In this document: positions 37,418 to 50,615 of the stretch, one piece after another | Position numbering within the stretch: the first letter of the stretch is position 1 | How the letters are laid out: every line of letters begins with the position of its first letter | Origin: Octopus sinensis | Lineage: Eukaryota | Length of the DNA: 64,000 bases | Assembly: GCF_006345805.1 (NCBI RefSeq) | Contig: NC_043003.1 | Span: forward strand, 66,216,001-66,280,000 | Reading direction: 5' to 3' | Notes under the pieces: generated by a model | Database searches by the model: none | What the model was told of the DNA's origin: nothing | What the model saw: only the letters and a program-made list of their open reading frames with translations | Made by a program: the position numbers and the translations under genes

Positions 37418-37556
37418 GTTATTATTATTCGTTGACCCTACCCCCACATCTTTATGAATTGTACTACGTTATGCTACGCTCTGATCATACGGAATGTGAG
37501 TGAAATGCGGGGTGAATGTAATGTCGGCCAGTACAACAGAGACTGTTCTCCGTACT

Positions 37557-37614
<58 letters not shown>

Positions 37615-37709
37615 TTGTAGGAAATATTTTCGGATTTTACATTCATATATATTACCAACCTGACTATATTCATCATTCACCACCGTGTACAGCCAACACC
37701 AAAATCACA

Positions 37710-37740
<31 letters not shown>

Positions 37741-37988
37741 TTACTACTACTACTACTACTGCTGCTGCTACTACTACTAATACTACTACAGAATCTGCTG
37801 CTGCTACTACTCTACTATTACTATCACCACCACCACCACCACTACGACGACGACGACTTATACAACTACTGCAACTATTACAGTTACTGCTACTGCTACT
37901 ACTACTACTACTAATAATAATAATAATAATATTAATAACAATAATAATAATTATAATAATAATAATAATAATGATAATAATAATAATT

Positions 37989-38043
<55 letters not shown>

Positions 38044-38200
38044 CATTATTATTATTACAGCTACGACTACTACTATAAGGGGAAGTAGTACTGCTACAAC
38101 TAATATATCTGCTAACGACTAGAACTAATATTGAAAGTAGAGTTGCTGCTGCTGCGACTACTACTACTACCACCACCATCTCCGCCGCCACCACCACCAT
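37345..38200. repeat. Mosaic of trinucleotide microsatellites (TTG, TTA, TAG, CTA, AAT, ATT, CCA)
   Basis: Seen directly; source of the poly-V/T/Y/I/N ORFs. Confidence 0.95.
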
Positions 38201-38529
38201 ATTCCACACAGAAAATATATATCTAACCTATATTCACCGAGCTAATGTTATGTTTACCAGATGCCAAAAAAATGTAAGATTATCTTCTAAGCGGATTAAA
38301 CAGGCCATTATGTTCATTAATTTTTATAGGTGTATACATACATACATATCATATCATATACTTACATATAAATACATATCTGGGAGTGTGCGTTATGCGC
38401 ACGCGCATTTGTGTGTGTTCGTGTATGTGTGTGGGTATGTAAATATATATATATACATTTACATACACGAACTCATAAACACATACGTGCATACATATGT
38501 GTGCATATGTATGTATATATATATGTATA

Positions 38530-38581
<52 letters not shown>

Positions 38582-38899
38582 TTACATACACGAACTCATA
38601 AACACATACGTGCATACATATGTGTGCATATGTATGTATAAATATAAATATATATATATGTATATATATATGTATATATATATATATATTATATATATAT
38701 ATATATATATATCTATATATATATATATATTATATATATATATATAGATATATATATATACATATATATATATAAGTATGTATACACACACACATACACA
38801 CAAACACATATATATATACATATGCGAGCATGTACTATATATGTATGTATGTACATACGTGGAACGAACGTATTCCAAATACGACTCTGTGTGTGTTTT

Positions 38900-38958
<59 letters not shown>

Positions 38959-39201
38959 GTGCGTGCGCGCGTGTGTGTAACCAGACGATGACAGTATCTT
39001 ATTCTGCTAGCTTCAGCAGCGTGTATGCTTACTTTATACCTGTTATTAAAACACGACAAAATTTACGATTAAAAAAAAATAATAATAAAAAAACCGGTGA
39101 TGCTTATATGATGCAATAACATTATCCTTAACACATGACGATGCACACGAACAGGAGCCGTAGAGACATAGTTCACAAATTTCCAATATATATTTCGTAA
39201 A

Positions 39202-39572
39202 TCTCTCTATATATAAACGGCAGTTTGTCTGTGCGTGTTTCTGTGTGTCTGTTTGCTTGTACCCTCACCCTGACCACGGCTTTCAACCGATTCTGATGAA
39301 ACTTGACACACACATAGCCCAATGTCATAATTCAAAGCTAACGCAGCGAAAATTTTGAAAAGTTCCCCCAGTTCTGAAAAATATCGATAAAATCGACATG
39401 GGGTCGAGAATCAGAAACAAACCACAGACTGTCTAGGGGACGCAACTCAACCTTTTTTAACTCAAAAAAAAATTTACCATAATTTTTTTGCTATTTTTGG
39501 GCTATAACACTCTAAAAATGCTTTATAGTTATTTCCCTTACAAACCTGAGCAACGCCGGGCGATACTGCTAG
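39202..39572 (+). mobile_element. Non-autonomous Helitron
   Basis: A|TCTCTCTATATATAAACGG 5' end; 3' hairpin CCTGAGCAACGCCGGG then CTAG|T; no target-site duplication. Confidence 0.8.
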
Positions 39573-40064
39573 TATAATATAAATTCAAATCTATATTACG
39601 GATTATGAGATGCAGTTTCAAACGCCAATCTCCAATCAGGGGCACTGAAGGTGATAAGGTGATATAAATCATAAAATGATAGATTTCCGGGTCAGCAGGC
39701 AGCAGACGCTCCACGCCACTGGTCGTATTTCTCACCTGAGTTTCCTGTTCTTTTTATGTTCAAGTCCATGTTATCTATTTTAAATACGTACCAATCATTG
39801 CACTGTGGCCACGCTGGGGTACAGTCTTATAAGGTTTAGTTTGAGAAAAATATCGACCACCTGATTTATATTTAAGCCTGGTAACTATTCGAAGTCTGAT
39901 ATATATTCTTTCAGTTTCTTTAAGGGAATGACTAGGTACGGTGCCATCAACAAACCAGCATCGGCTGTAGGGGAAATATTGAGGGAACAGACACAAGCGG
40001 AAACTTCCATCGAGATACGGCCTTTGACGAACTTCTTCGTGTTTTGTTCATGGAAGAAAACATT

Positions 40065-40365
40065 CTTTTACTTCTTGAAGTCATTTGACTACGGCCAGGC
40101 TGGAGCACCGTATTTATTCGAACAAATCGACTCCCAGACTTCTTTGTTAGCCTAGTACTTATTCTATTGGTATCTTTTGCCGAACTGCTAAGTTACGGGG
40201 ATGTAGACACACCAACTCAAGCGGACACACACACACACACACACATATATTCTTATAGTCTGAAGCCATTATAGATTTCAAGATATCTACAATGGCTTCA
40301 AGATATCAAGCAGTGGGATTGAACCCAGAAACATCTGGTTGGGAAGCAAGCTTCTTACTACGCAC
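40065..40365 (-). mobile_element. SINE family D copy
   Basis: Reverse match to family D. Confidence 0.8.
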
Positions 40366-40610
40366 CTATGTCCGCGTGAGTGTCTTTGTGTCTGTGTTTC
40401 ATCCACTACCCTCTCGCTTGAAAACTGGTGTTTGTTTCATTACGTCCCTCTAACTTGGCGGTTTAGGAAAATAGACTAATAAAATAGGTACCAGGTTTAA
40501 TAAAATTCAAAGTATTGGGGTCGACTCGTTAGACTAATATTCCATAAGGCAATGCCCAAGCATGGCCGCAGTCTGATGACTGAAATAGGTAAATGATAGA
40601 AGATAAAAGG

Positions 40611-40659
<49 letters not shown>

Positions 40660-41289
40660 ATGTATGTATATATATTGAGGTTATGAGAGGTAATGGTGTC
40701 AAGAAGACTATGTGTATAAGTGTCAGGTAAACCTTAGTAAGTGCTATGGACAGACTATAGTTAAGCTCCAGGTTTGGTGATTATGCGAATGAGGTCATAT
40801 ATTAGCATGCGTATATATATAAAAAATTAACAGAATGGGATAAAAATCCAAATAGTTATTCTAGAGAAGATATGAAATAGAGAGTGAAGTGGAGGAATGA
40901 AAACAAACGTGAGATATGCAGGGATATTGTATCTGCAGTTCCATTATTTAGGCAGAATGGTATACACATAAGTTTCCTGTACCTTGTGTGTATGTTCCAA
41001 TAGTATTCAAAAGTGGTCATTCCAAGCATAGAGTTTGTATAAGGTGTTATTGAATCGAGGTTTTTTTCCAAGTGACTTAAAAGTTAAGAATAGCTATTGC
41101 TTAACAATTTTCATACACCGTCTCCGATGAAAGGACGTATAAAATATCCCGAAAACTTCTGTGAGACCTTATCTTTATAAAGGTTCTGAAATCTTTAACA
41201 GCCTTGGATTTTATCTCATTCCGTTAATTTTTTATGCATGTGTGTGTATATATATATATATATAATATATATATATATATATAATATAT

Positions 41290-41331
<42 letters not shown>

Positions 41332-41493
41332 ATCTGTAAAATAATTTTACAGATGAATTTCCTCTATTTACTTAATATTGAGGTCTCTTTCTTTCACTAT
41401 CTTACCGTTTTTACCAATATATATATATATATATTTGTGTGTGTGTGTGTGTGTGTCTGTGTGTGTGTCTGTGTGTGTGTCTGTGTGTGTGTA

Positions 41494-41552
<59 letters not shown>

Positions 41553-41670
41553 ATTTGGGAAAACAAATTTCCAAATCAATCAGGTACAACCCTTCAGCTT
41601 TATAAGCATTTACATATCGTACCCTGGGGTCTTATTTATCATATATTTACATAAATATATGCATGTATAT

Positions 41671-41725
<55 letters not shown>

Positions 41726-41849
41726 CAGAGAGAGAGAGAGAGAGAGAGATTTAGATAAAAATAAATGGCAGTTAAACCGAATAATTTAATTCAATATATA
41801 TCAGCTGTGAAGAGAAAACATGAACCTATAGATGCTTGGTCACAAGAAA

Positions 41850-42560
41850 TAGTCTTACTTCTTCCTGTAACATAGAATGTTGGCGTCTTGGAATCAACCA
41901 ATTATTCTTCAAAGGCGTTTTCAGCTTCCGCCTACTTGTTGACAACTTTATTTAACAGGAAGTTAACAAGATGCTTCAAAATTTGACATCCTGTCGGATG
42001 AAGTGCTGGAACGTAAGATGGTCGTGGCAGAGATTCTTTGCCAAAATTTTGTGTTTTACAGACATTTCTAAGATTGGCGGTTTGACACTGACATGGAAAA
42101 CAATTGATTCTTTTAGACTGACCAATGTTAAACATAATTGCTGAACTTTAATATACATAACTTTAACTTGCATAATTCTTTCTCATGTTTCTATACTGTG
42201 AGGGCTTTTGTAGGGCTCAGGAAATTACAGATGACATTTCCTCTACCCTGTTACTAAATCATTGTTAGGTCCTTCCTTTGGTACAATTTCGCTTTGGGAA
42301 TGCGTTTTAGTGAATATCAGGTCACCTGTGAAATCTCTGATGAGTGCTACTGGTAACCTGGAATTCAGTACAACCTGAAGCATTATCGGATCATCTGTGA
42401 CTAAACCGGCACTTCCACTATACTTACATGGTGCAGAGGTTTGCTAGAATATCTGCAGGACTAAACACAAGATCTGTCAAAAGGACGGGTGTACCTGGTA
42501 TAGGTTCAATGACTATTTGTCAATAGCAGCGGCTCTCAAAAATTCCAGGTTGGCGTCCAG
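41850..42560 (-). pseudogene. Very decayed CR1/L2-like RT fragment
   Basis: Broken frames LTDLVFSPADILANL, SGSAG..PIML, SEIVPKEG, HLTFQHF and ENAFE follow the order of the RT pre-domain, QHGF and KAFD motifs; many disablements. Confidence 0.35.
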
Positions 42561-43689
42561 TATAGTGGAAAACCTCGAGAAGTGAGATACCCTTAGCTTT
42601 TGTTAAAGCATGATTCTAGAATCTGCTTCAAACTCTGGCTACGTCTGCTCCGATAATCGGCGGAGGCTTGGTTAGCGAATCCTCTGCGATGCCCCACAAT
42701 TGAGGGTAGGGTGAGCTGCTACGGATCACACTGTCCTAAATTGTGTATGCATGTGACCGGGAATCATATGGGAACTTTGAATCTTCACAGTGAAACTTGG
42801 AATACGCAGGGAGATTTCAACAGAGGAAGTAATAGGCTACAACTAAATACTGCAAACACTTCGCCCAAATGTCCAGTGATTTGACAATTCAACTGTCACA
42901 GTTTTTAGTAATAACTAGACAGCTCTATGATTAATAGGTGCCGCTTTCTTTTTTGTGCATGTGGAGTCCCTTTTGCATGTGTGTGTGTGTATATGTTTTA
43001 TCTCATATCAGCTATGATCCATCAGATTCATGGGGAAATGAGCTGCGATTCATAAGTATTTCTTTTATGATTCACATATATTGGGCAGGTTTGAAATATA
43101 TTAGTGAACGTGTCGATCCTTTTAATACGACATAGCATAATTTTGGAGGTTTGGTCGCTTATCTCTAACAAGTCAAACGTTCATTGGTTTATTATTCATG
43201 TTATCGACAAAGATACAAAGAAAAATTTTCAAGTGCAGAAAATATCGGTTTCAAATTTTAGCAGAGGTCCAGATTGGCGCAACTCCAAGGCACAAATGAT
43301 ACTTATTTTATCTACTCTAAAAAAATGCAAGACAAGGTCGACCACTACAGAATTTGAACTCAGAAGAAAAATGGCCCTAAGCATCTTCCTCGGCGTGCTA
43401 ACGATCCTGCCAGTTCACCGACTTAAGTGAAAAGCATAGTATTTTCATTAACCATTATACAAGTGATATTGATAGGTTCTTCAAAAGAAACTCTAAACTG
43501 AGCATCAACTTTCTATAAAACGCCATGGTTTTTTTCAGGGGATGATTTTTTATATAAATCTTGTATCCCCGCAAAAAAAGCCATCTCTAATCATTCTTTC
43601 AAATATATATAATATTATACCAATAACGTTCTCTTTATTATTTTACTATATATATATATATATATTATATATATATATATAATATAATA

Positions 43690-43747
<58 letters not shown>

Positions 43748-43825
43748 CATATATATAGGGTATTAAAATTTTCACTACCAGTGGCCTAGCATGTATAATA
43801 AGTCAATAGGCAATATATTTTTCAA

Positions 43826-44197
43826 TATAAAATACTGTACATTTAAACACAATGAGAAATTACCTGTAAAATGCAATTTCTACACGCTAGGAGAAGTAAA
43901 AATCGACCGAAGAACACAAAGAAACATTTTAGCAATTTCCAAGGGAATGAAAAAATAAAAACTTTTACCTTCTTTTACGGTTATACCTATAGGTTTCAAA
44001 CATTTTAACTTTATTTGCTAAAAAATCCGAAACCTATAGGTATAACCGTAAAAACAAGGTAAACGATTTTATTTTTTCATTCCCATGGAAATTGCTTTTT
44101 TTTTTCTTGCGGTCTTCGGTCGTTTTTGACTGTCTCCTAGCGTGTAGAAATTGCCTGTTACAGGTAATTCCTCTTTGTGTTTAAATGTACACTATTT

Positions 44198-44201
<4 letters not shown>
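43826..44201. mobile_element. Foldback/MITE-like imperfect palindrome
   Basis: Arms of ~170 bp (TGTACATTTAAACAC...CAATTTCTACACGCTAGGAGA...TTACGGTTATACCTATAGGTTTC) mirrored around a ~35-nt loop near 44000-44030. Confidence 0.85.
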
Positions 44202-44249
<48 letters not shown>

Positions 44250-44330
44250 ATCATTCACTCCTTCTGCAATGCATGCCTATATATTTTCAATTTCCTAAGA
44301 TTTTTGTTCGAAATAGTGACACAAAATGAA

Positions 44331-44545
44331 AGCGGCGTGTTGGCAGAATCGTTAGCCTACCGGACAAAATAATTAGTTCCATTTCTTCCAGCTGTTAAAC
44401 TGTTGAGTTCAAATACCCACGCAGATTGACTTTGCTTTTCCTCCTTTCGACATCGGTGAAATAAGTAGCTGATGAGCATTGTAGTCGATGTAATCAATTT
44501 GACCCCTCACTCAAAAATTTCAGGTTTTGTGCCTATAGTAGAGAG
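44331..44545 (+). mobile_element. SINE family C copy (diverged)
   Basis: AAAGCGGCGTGTTGGCAGAATCGTTAGC head and family C body. Confidence 0.75.
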
Positions 44546-44571
44546 CAACATGAATCATAACATAAAACAAT

Positions 44572-44710
44572 CATTATTTACATTTGACGGATATTTGTCC
44601 TCATCCTGTTTGTTGTCAACAAACTTTTCGGCTGATATACCCTCCAGCCTTCATCCGGTGTATTGTGGAAAATTTCGAACATGGCTTATCATTCCGAAGG
44701 TATTTTTCGA

Positions 44711-44745
<35 letters not shown>

Positions 44746-44820
44746 GGTGACCTTCAGAAATCGAACTCGGAAACTTGGGGTTAGAACCCGGCGCTCTTAA
44801 CCATTATGCCATATGCCCGT
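44572..44820 (-). mobile_element. tRNA-headed unit: Pol III head + (AAT)n + hammerhead-bearing tail
   Basis: Head 44745-44820 with A box TGGCATAATGG and B box GAGTTCGATTT; (AAT)n 44711-44744; tail matches 21718-21860 with a decayed motif CGGATGAAGGCTG...CAGCCGAAAAGTT. Confidence 0.7.
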
Positions 44821-46238
44821 GGGTAATTATGGAGTGAATTTTAGGGCTTATAAACCAATCAGTACAATATTAGAAATGAGAGAGTGCCAGGCATATTTGC
44901 TTTCGTAGTTGAATAATGATTTAGAATCCGGCCAGATTTGGATTAGTCGCACATCTTTAACACCAATAAAATTTATTTGCGGCATATTGATATAAATTCA
45001 GATAACTTTATCCCTATTTCATGATCCTATAACAAATTCAAAAATCAAAAGAATTTCCAAATTCCACAACAAAGAACACTCAATTATATAAATTCGAGGA
45101 AGTGTCCTTGCCAGCAAGTGAAATGATTTGGAAATGTGAGTTGAAATTAAAACAGTGCCGAAGATACATGGTAGCTATTCAGACACATACAAAGACTGTT
45201 GACTTCACTTAAGCATTTACTGTTTGGTGCCAAAAATATCATCGCACCAATTGCAACCTAATCACTGACGTGGTTCCACAACAATGGAGTTTATAGACTT
45301 TGTGAGTTATAGAATAACGTATATGTGTCTTCCACGCAGTAATTATTTCGCTTTTTAGTTTCAAAATAGTTCCACTAAATCCCATACACTTCGGTATCAT
45401 TTAATTACATCTGAATATTCTCAGTATCATAGACACAAGACCTGAAAATAGAGGCAAGTCATTACAACGACCACAAAACTTGACTAATATATATGTTATC
45501 GACCGCCAAATGATGAAAGGTAAAGTCAACCTCGGCGGCATTTGAACTTAACGAAAACACGGATGAAATACTGCAAAACATTTTGTCTGGTGTCCAAAGT
45601 CTTCAGCCAACTCGAAGCCTTAATGAATAAGAATCGCTAAATAATAATTTCTTAAACTGGCAATAGCGTTTACTATTCTTATAGTCACCAACAGATGGCT
45701 TTATAACAAATGATAAATGCACAAGTTTAGCTCGTGCCAAAGTGTTATTCTACCACTTTCTATATAGTGAAGGCGTTATCTAGTGGTTAGAATGTTGCCC
45801 TCATAATCACGAGATTGTGTTTCTGTTTCCAGAACCGGACAGTTTATTGTGTGTACTTGAGCAAAACATTTCTTTTCCTCGTTGCTCTTGTGCACTCAGC
45901 TGTCAATGCGGAACTTGTGGCAAACTGGCGTCGCATTCAGAGGCAATGCTGTGATCACGTTTATTTACACGCCATGGAAACTGGATAATCGGCGCTATGA
46001 ATTCAAGTATTAGATGTCAGTAATGGGTAACTGCTACCGTTTACTCATTATATCGACCGTACAATTGAATACGATGATATTAGGACAGAAACTAAAATAT
46101 TTGGGACTCTTGCACCTGGTACCAAAGAAGAGAAAAAAAGCAACGCAAACTAATGAAGCCCGATGTAACAAAACAGTGGATCTACGCATTTCAAATGCAT
46201 GGTAGAGCGTAATTGAATTTTATGTAGCAATCCCTAAT

Positions 46239-46525
46239 GGACGCACATGGCTAAGTGGTTAGAGCAGTGGCCTCGCAGTCGTGGGATCCCGCGTTCGAAT
46301 CTCAGACTGGGCGATGTGTGTGTTTATGAGCGAAACACCTAAGCTCCACGCGGCTCCAGCAGAAGCTCTGCTGACTCTTTCGCCACAACTTTCTCGCACT
46401 CTTTCCTCCTGCATCTAGTAGCTCACCTGCGATGGACCGGCGTCCCGTCCAGGTGGGGAACCTATACGCCAAAGAAACCGATAAACCAGCCTTTATGAGG
46501 CAGGCTTGGCTCGAGAAGGAACAAG
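46239..46525 (+). mobile_element. SINE family B, tail type 1
   Basis: Matches 26062-26360. Confidence 0.82.
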
Positions 46526-46534
46526 CAACAACAA

Positions 46535-46758
46535 CAGTAATCCCTCGCCTTATCGCGGTTCACCTATCGCTATTTGTTATTTAAGCTTACGTCGATTCCT
46601 CCATGGTGTTGTTTTGCATTTATAATAGAACAAATATTATCCAAATTATAAAAATAATAATAAAAAATATACAGTACAGTAGTGTTTCTACTACGCGGAT
46701 TTTCAACTATCGTGGGGGGTTTGGGAACGTAATACCCGCGATAATCGAGGGATTACTG
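46535..46758. mobile_element. pogo/Tigger-like MITE
   Basis: TIRs CAGTAATCCCTCGCCTTATCGCGG / CCCGCGATAATCGAGGGATTACTG. Confidence 0.8.
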
Positions 46759-46944
46759 CATTTGTTTCTGTCTTTGAGCTGCGATCATGCTGGAGCAGTC
46801 GAAAGGTTTAGTCGAATAAATAGGCCCCAGTATCTTTCTAGTGCTTTCAATATGGGGCCCTTCGGTCAGATCACTAAATCCCAGAGGCTTAGACTAACCA
46901 ACGCTGGTTGTCAAATAGTCTGGAGAAACAAACACACAAGAAGA

Positions 46945-46995
<51 letters not shown>

Positions 46996-46996
<1 letters not shown>

Positions 46997-47775
46997 GGTG
47001 GGGTAAGGGTGGCGTGTGTGCGTGTTATATTATTTTCCAATAACAGAATGAAGCGAAAATTACTGAATGGCCGATCTTCCTGCTAGGTGTTTAACAAACT
47101 TAATTATGTAAGATTAGAAAAGAATGTATATTTATATTTCAGTTTTTATTTATCTTACTTATTATATATATATATATATATATCGCATCATGAAAGATAT
47201 CAAATATGCTTTATTAGCAATGACGTATGTAATACATGTTGGCCGTGTAGCTCTAAACAATATTCATATAGAATTTGAAATTGCGATGAACCCTCTCAAA
47301 TAGCTCTTCATTGCCGTTGACTTATTCACACGCTTCAACAATTCTTTAAAGAAGATGTCTTTGGTCACGAATCTTTTTAGAATACACAAGGGATTTAATG
47401 TAGCCCAAGAAAAAAAGTCCATGGGAGTTAAATCTGGTGACCGTGGTGCCCATTCATTTGGCCCGCGACACCCAAACCATCTTCCTGGAAAATGTTCATT
47501 CAAAAAGTCACGAACCTGTAATCATAATGGCGCGTAGCACCATCCTACTGGAACCGAACAGGATTACCTCCTTCCAAGTGCATGCACGTAATGCATCATC
47601 TCGTTGCCAAGCATGTCCAGATACGAATCACCTGTCACAGAGCCCTCAAAATAAAATGGACCAATTACTTGATTGTGCCAAATCCCACACCACACCATTA
47701 CCTTGCCCTCGCATGGTTGGTTATCCGCTTCCATCGAATGAGGATTTTTTTGTTAGTAATATCGTCAATACACAT
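46996..47775 (-). mobile_element. Tc1/mariner-superfamily transposase relic (catalytic C-terminal half)
   Basis: KVMVWCGIW..VIGPFYFEGSVTG.SYLDML...FQ*DGAT.HY...NEHFPGRWFG.RGP.EWAPRSPDLTPMDFF.W; the 5' part is cut by the SINE at 47781. Confidence 0.88.
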
Positions 47776-47780
47776 ATATA

Positions 47781-47957
47781 GGCGTAGGAGTGGCTGTGTG
47801 GTAAGTAGTTTGCTTACCAGCCACTAGGTTCCGAGTTCAGTACCACTGCGTGACAGCTTGGGCAAGTGTCTTCTACTATAGCCTTGTGAATGGATTTGGT
47901 AGATGGAACCTGAAAGAAGCCCGTCATATATATGTATATATATATATGTGTGTGTGT

Positions 47958-47998
<41 letters not shown>

Positions 47999-48195
47999 TG
48001 TTTCTGTGTTTGTCCCCCCAACATCGCTTGACAACCGATGCAAGTGTGTTTACGTCCCCGTAACTTAGCGGTTCGGCAAAAGAGACCGATAGAATAAGTA
48101 CTGGGCTTACAAAGAATAAGTCGTGAGTTCGATTTGCTCGACTAAAGGTGGTGCTCCAGCTTGGCAGCAGTCAAATGGCTGAAACAAGTAAAAGA
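47781..48195 (+). mobile_element. SINE family D, well-preserved copy
   Basis: GGCGTAGGAGTGGCTGTGTGG head, CTTGGGCAAGTGTCTTCTACTATAGCC body, tail GACTAAAGG.GGTGCTCCAGC...GAAACAAGTAAAAGA. Confidence 0.9.
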
Positions 48196-48203
48196 GCATA
48201 ATA

Positions 48204-48249
<46 letters not shown>

Positions 48250-48897
48250 AAACAATTTGGCAAAAGTTACCTGACTGTAAATCAAAGCCATTTAAGTCAT
48301 AGATTTTTTTTTTTTGATAACTGAATGAATTTGATGAAAGCATCTAAATATGAAACATCATGAAAATTGTTCAAACTGAAGTCTTTCTTCGGCGACACAT
48401 GATTCCAAACTTATAAATAAAACCGAATATTAAGTATTTATAGAATTTTGCTTTACTGTCTGGTGAGCTTTGGCCAAGCCTGTATCTCTTATCTTACGAA
48501 AAACAAATACACAGCCATAGATGACGATCCTCCACGCCGTCTCCATCAACCAGATTCCCTCACAAAGCATTGCTTGGCCAAAGATGATACTTTGGTCACA
48601 GAAGCCGAAACTATGTGGGTGCAAAACAAGCTTCTTTACCAGATAGCCATTCCAAATTTGCATATTAAACTGAAACATGTAATTGGAAACATTGCAATTA
48701 ACTATACCAAAGTCTTCTGTTTCTGTATTTTAGTTCCAGAAACAATAAACCTTTCAACAATAGGCACGAGGCCTGACATTTTGGGGGGAGGGAAACAGTA
48801 GATTGCATCAAGCCCAGATTTTCACTGGTATTTAGTTTAACGACCCCGAAAGGATGAAAGGTAAAATCGACCTCGGTGGATTTAAACAACCACAACC

Positions 48898-48931
<34 letters not shown>

Positions 48932-48984
48932 AACAACAACAACAACAATAATAATAATAATGATAATGATAAAAATAATAACAA

Positions 48985-49325
48985 TTAGCATGCCCAGCTG
49001 ACAACAAGGTATGTGATAAAGAAAGAAAAGTCGATAGATATGACAGGTTAGCTTGGGAAGTTAAGCAGTTGTGGTCGGGGGAAAAGGATGCAGTAGTACC
49101 AAGAATTGTCGGAGCCCTGGGAACTGAGCAAAAATCTCGAGTACTACGCGAAACAAATATGGGCTGCAATAACGGTGTAGAATTTGCAGAAAACAGCACT
49201 GCTTGGAACCGTTCGAATACTCCGGGAGGTACTCGAAAATAAAAGGTGTTACCTTAGTTCACTGGTAGTGAACAGCTGACACTGCAATACCTATCCAGCG
49301 TTAGAAGCTGTGCAAAGGCAATGAT
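48985..49325 (+). mobile_element. R4/Dong-like element 3' end (restriction-like endonuclease tail)
   Basis: ACPADNKV.D..RKVDRYDRLAWEVKQLW...VVP.IVGALGT...LQKTALLGTVRILREVLE with frameshifts; flanked by AAC/AAT repeats. Confidence 0.8.
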
Positions 49326-49442
49326 AATAATAATGATAATAATGACAGTAAATTTTTGCCAGAAGGACAGCTTGGGGGAAGGGCGTTAAGTCTATTGCAT
49401 CGACTCCAATGCGTAACTGGTACTTACTTAAACAGAAACAAC

Positions 49443-49473
<31 letters not shown>

Positions 49474-49493
49474 TAATAATAATAATAATAATA

Positions 49494-49526
<33 letters not shown>

Positions 49527-49726
49527 CTTTTCTACTGGAAGCAAAAGGCCTCGAATTTGGGGAAGGTCTTAAGTCAGTTGCTTCGACCCCAGTGAGTATC
49601 TGATACTAATTGTATCGGCACCGAAAGGTTGAAAAGCAAAGTCGACCCCGGTGGATTTCAACAACAACAGCAACAATAACGACGACGATGACGACGACGA
49701 CGACGACGATGATGATGATGATGATT

Positions 49727-49759
<33 letters not shown>

Positions 49760-50154
49760 GTTATGATGATGATGATGATGATAACGGAACATATGCTTTT
49801 TTATGAAAAAGGAAAAAAAATCTTTGGTTTACAACTGTCTGCCCAAACTTGGTGTAGCATTTGACGGGTAATTTATAAATAGCAGATAGCGTCTTGTTTC
49901 AGGATATAAAGTAGAACTTAAAATTAAATGAGCGAGGGCAATATGGAGAGAAAGCTTTTGAGCTAGAATCGGAACGGTAATTTTATACAATTTGACGTCG
50001 AAAATTCATGATTTCATAATTGTACGGTCATGCACCGATAGAAATATACGCCTAGGTTTTGTTATTTAATTCTATCGTTCTGACACTCCTGATGGTTTCC
50101 CATTCTTCATCTCAGTACTCACATGGCAACACATACAGCAGATTATATAGATGT

Positions 50155-50195
<41 letters not shown>

Positions 50196-50544
50196 CATAC
50201 CAACTAGACGTTATGGGTATATATTTATGTGTATGTGTGTGTGTATATATATCGATATAGATACATAGATGTGAAGAAAATAAACTTCATTTTACAAACG
50301 CAAACAAACATACATATAAACATATATGTATATATCTATATATATACACAATTATATATACACATAAGTGTATATGTATGCAGATTCTACACACACACAC
50401 ACATATATACACATGTCGATATGTATGTATCTCTCCCCCTCTCTCTCTGTATATATGTATATATATATGTATATCTCTTTATCTCTTTCTCTATCTCTTT
50501 CTCCATCCACCTCTTTCTCTTCTCCTCTCTCTCTCTCTCTCGCG

Positions 50545-50615
<71 letters not shown>

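Noticed and set aside
39294-39310. CTGATGAAAC inside the Helitron
   Set aside because: No stem II between the two core halves.
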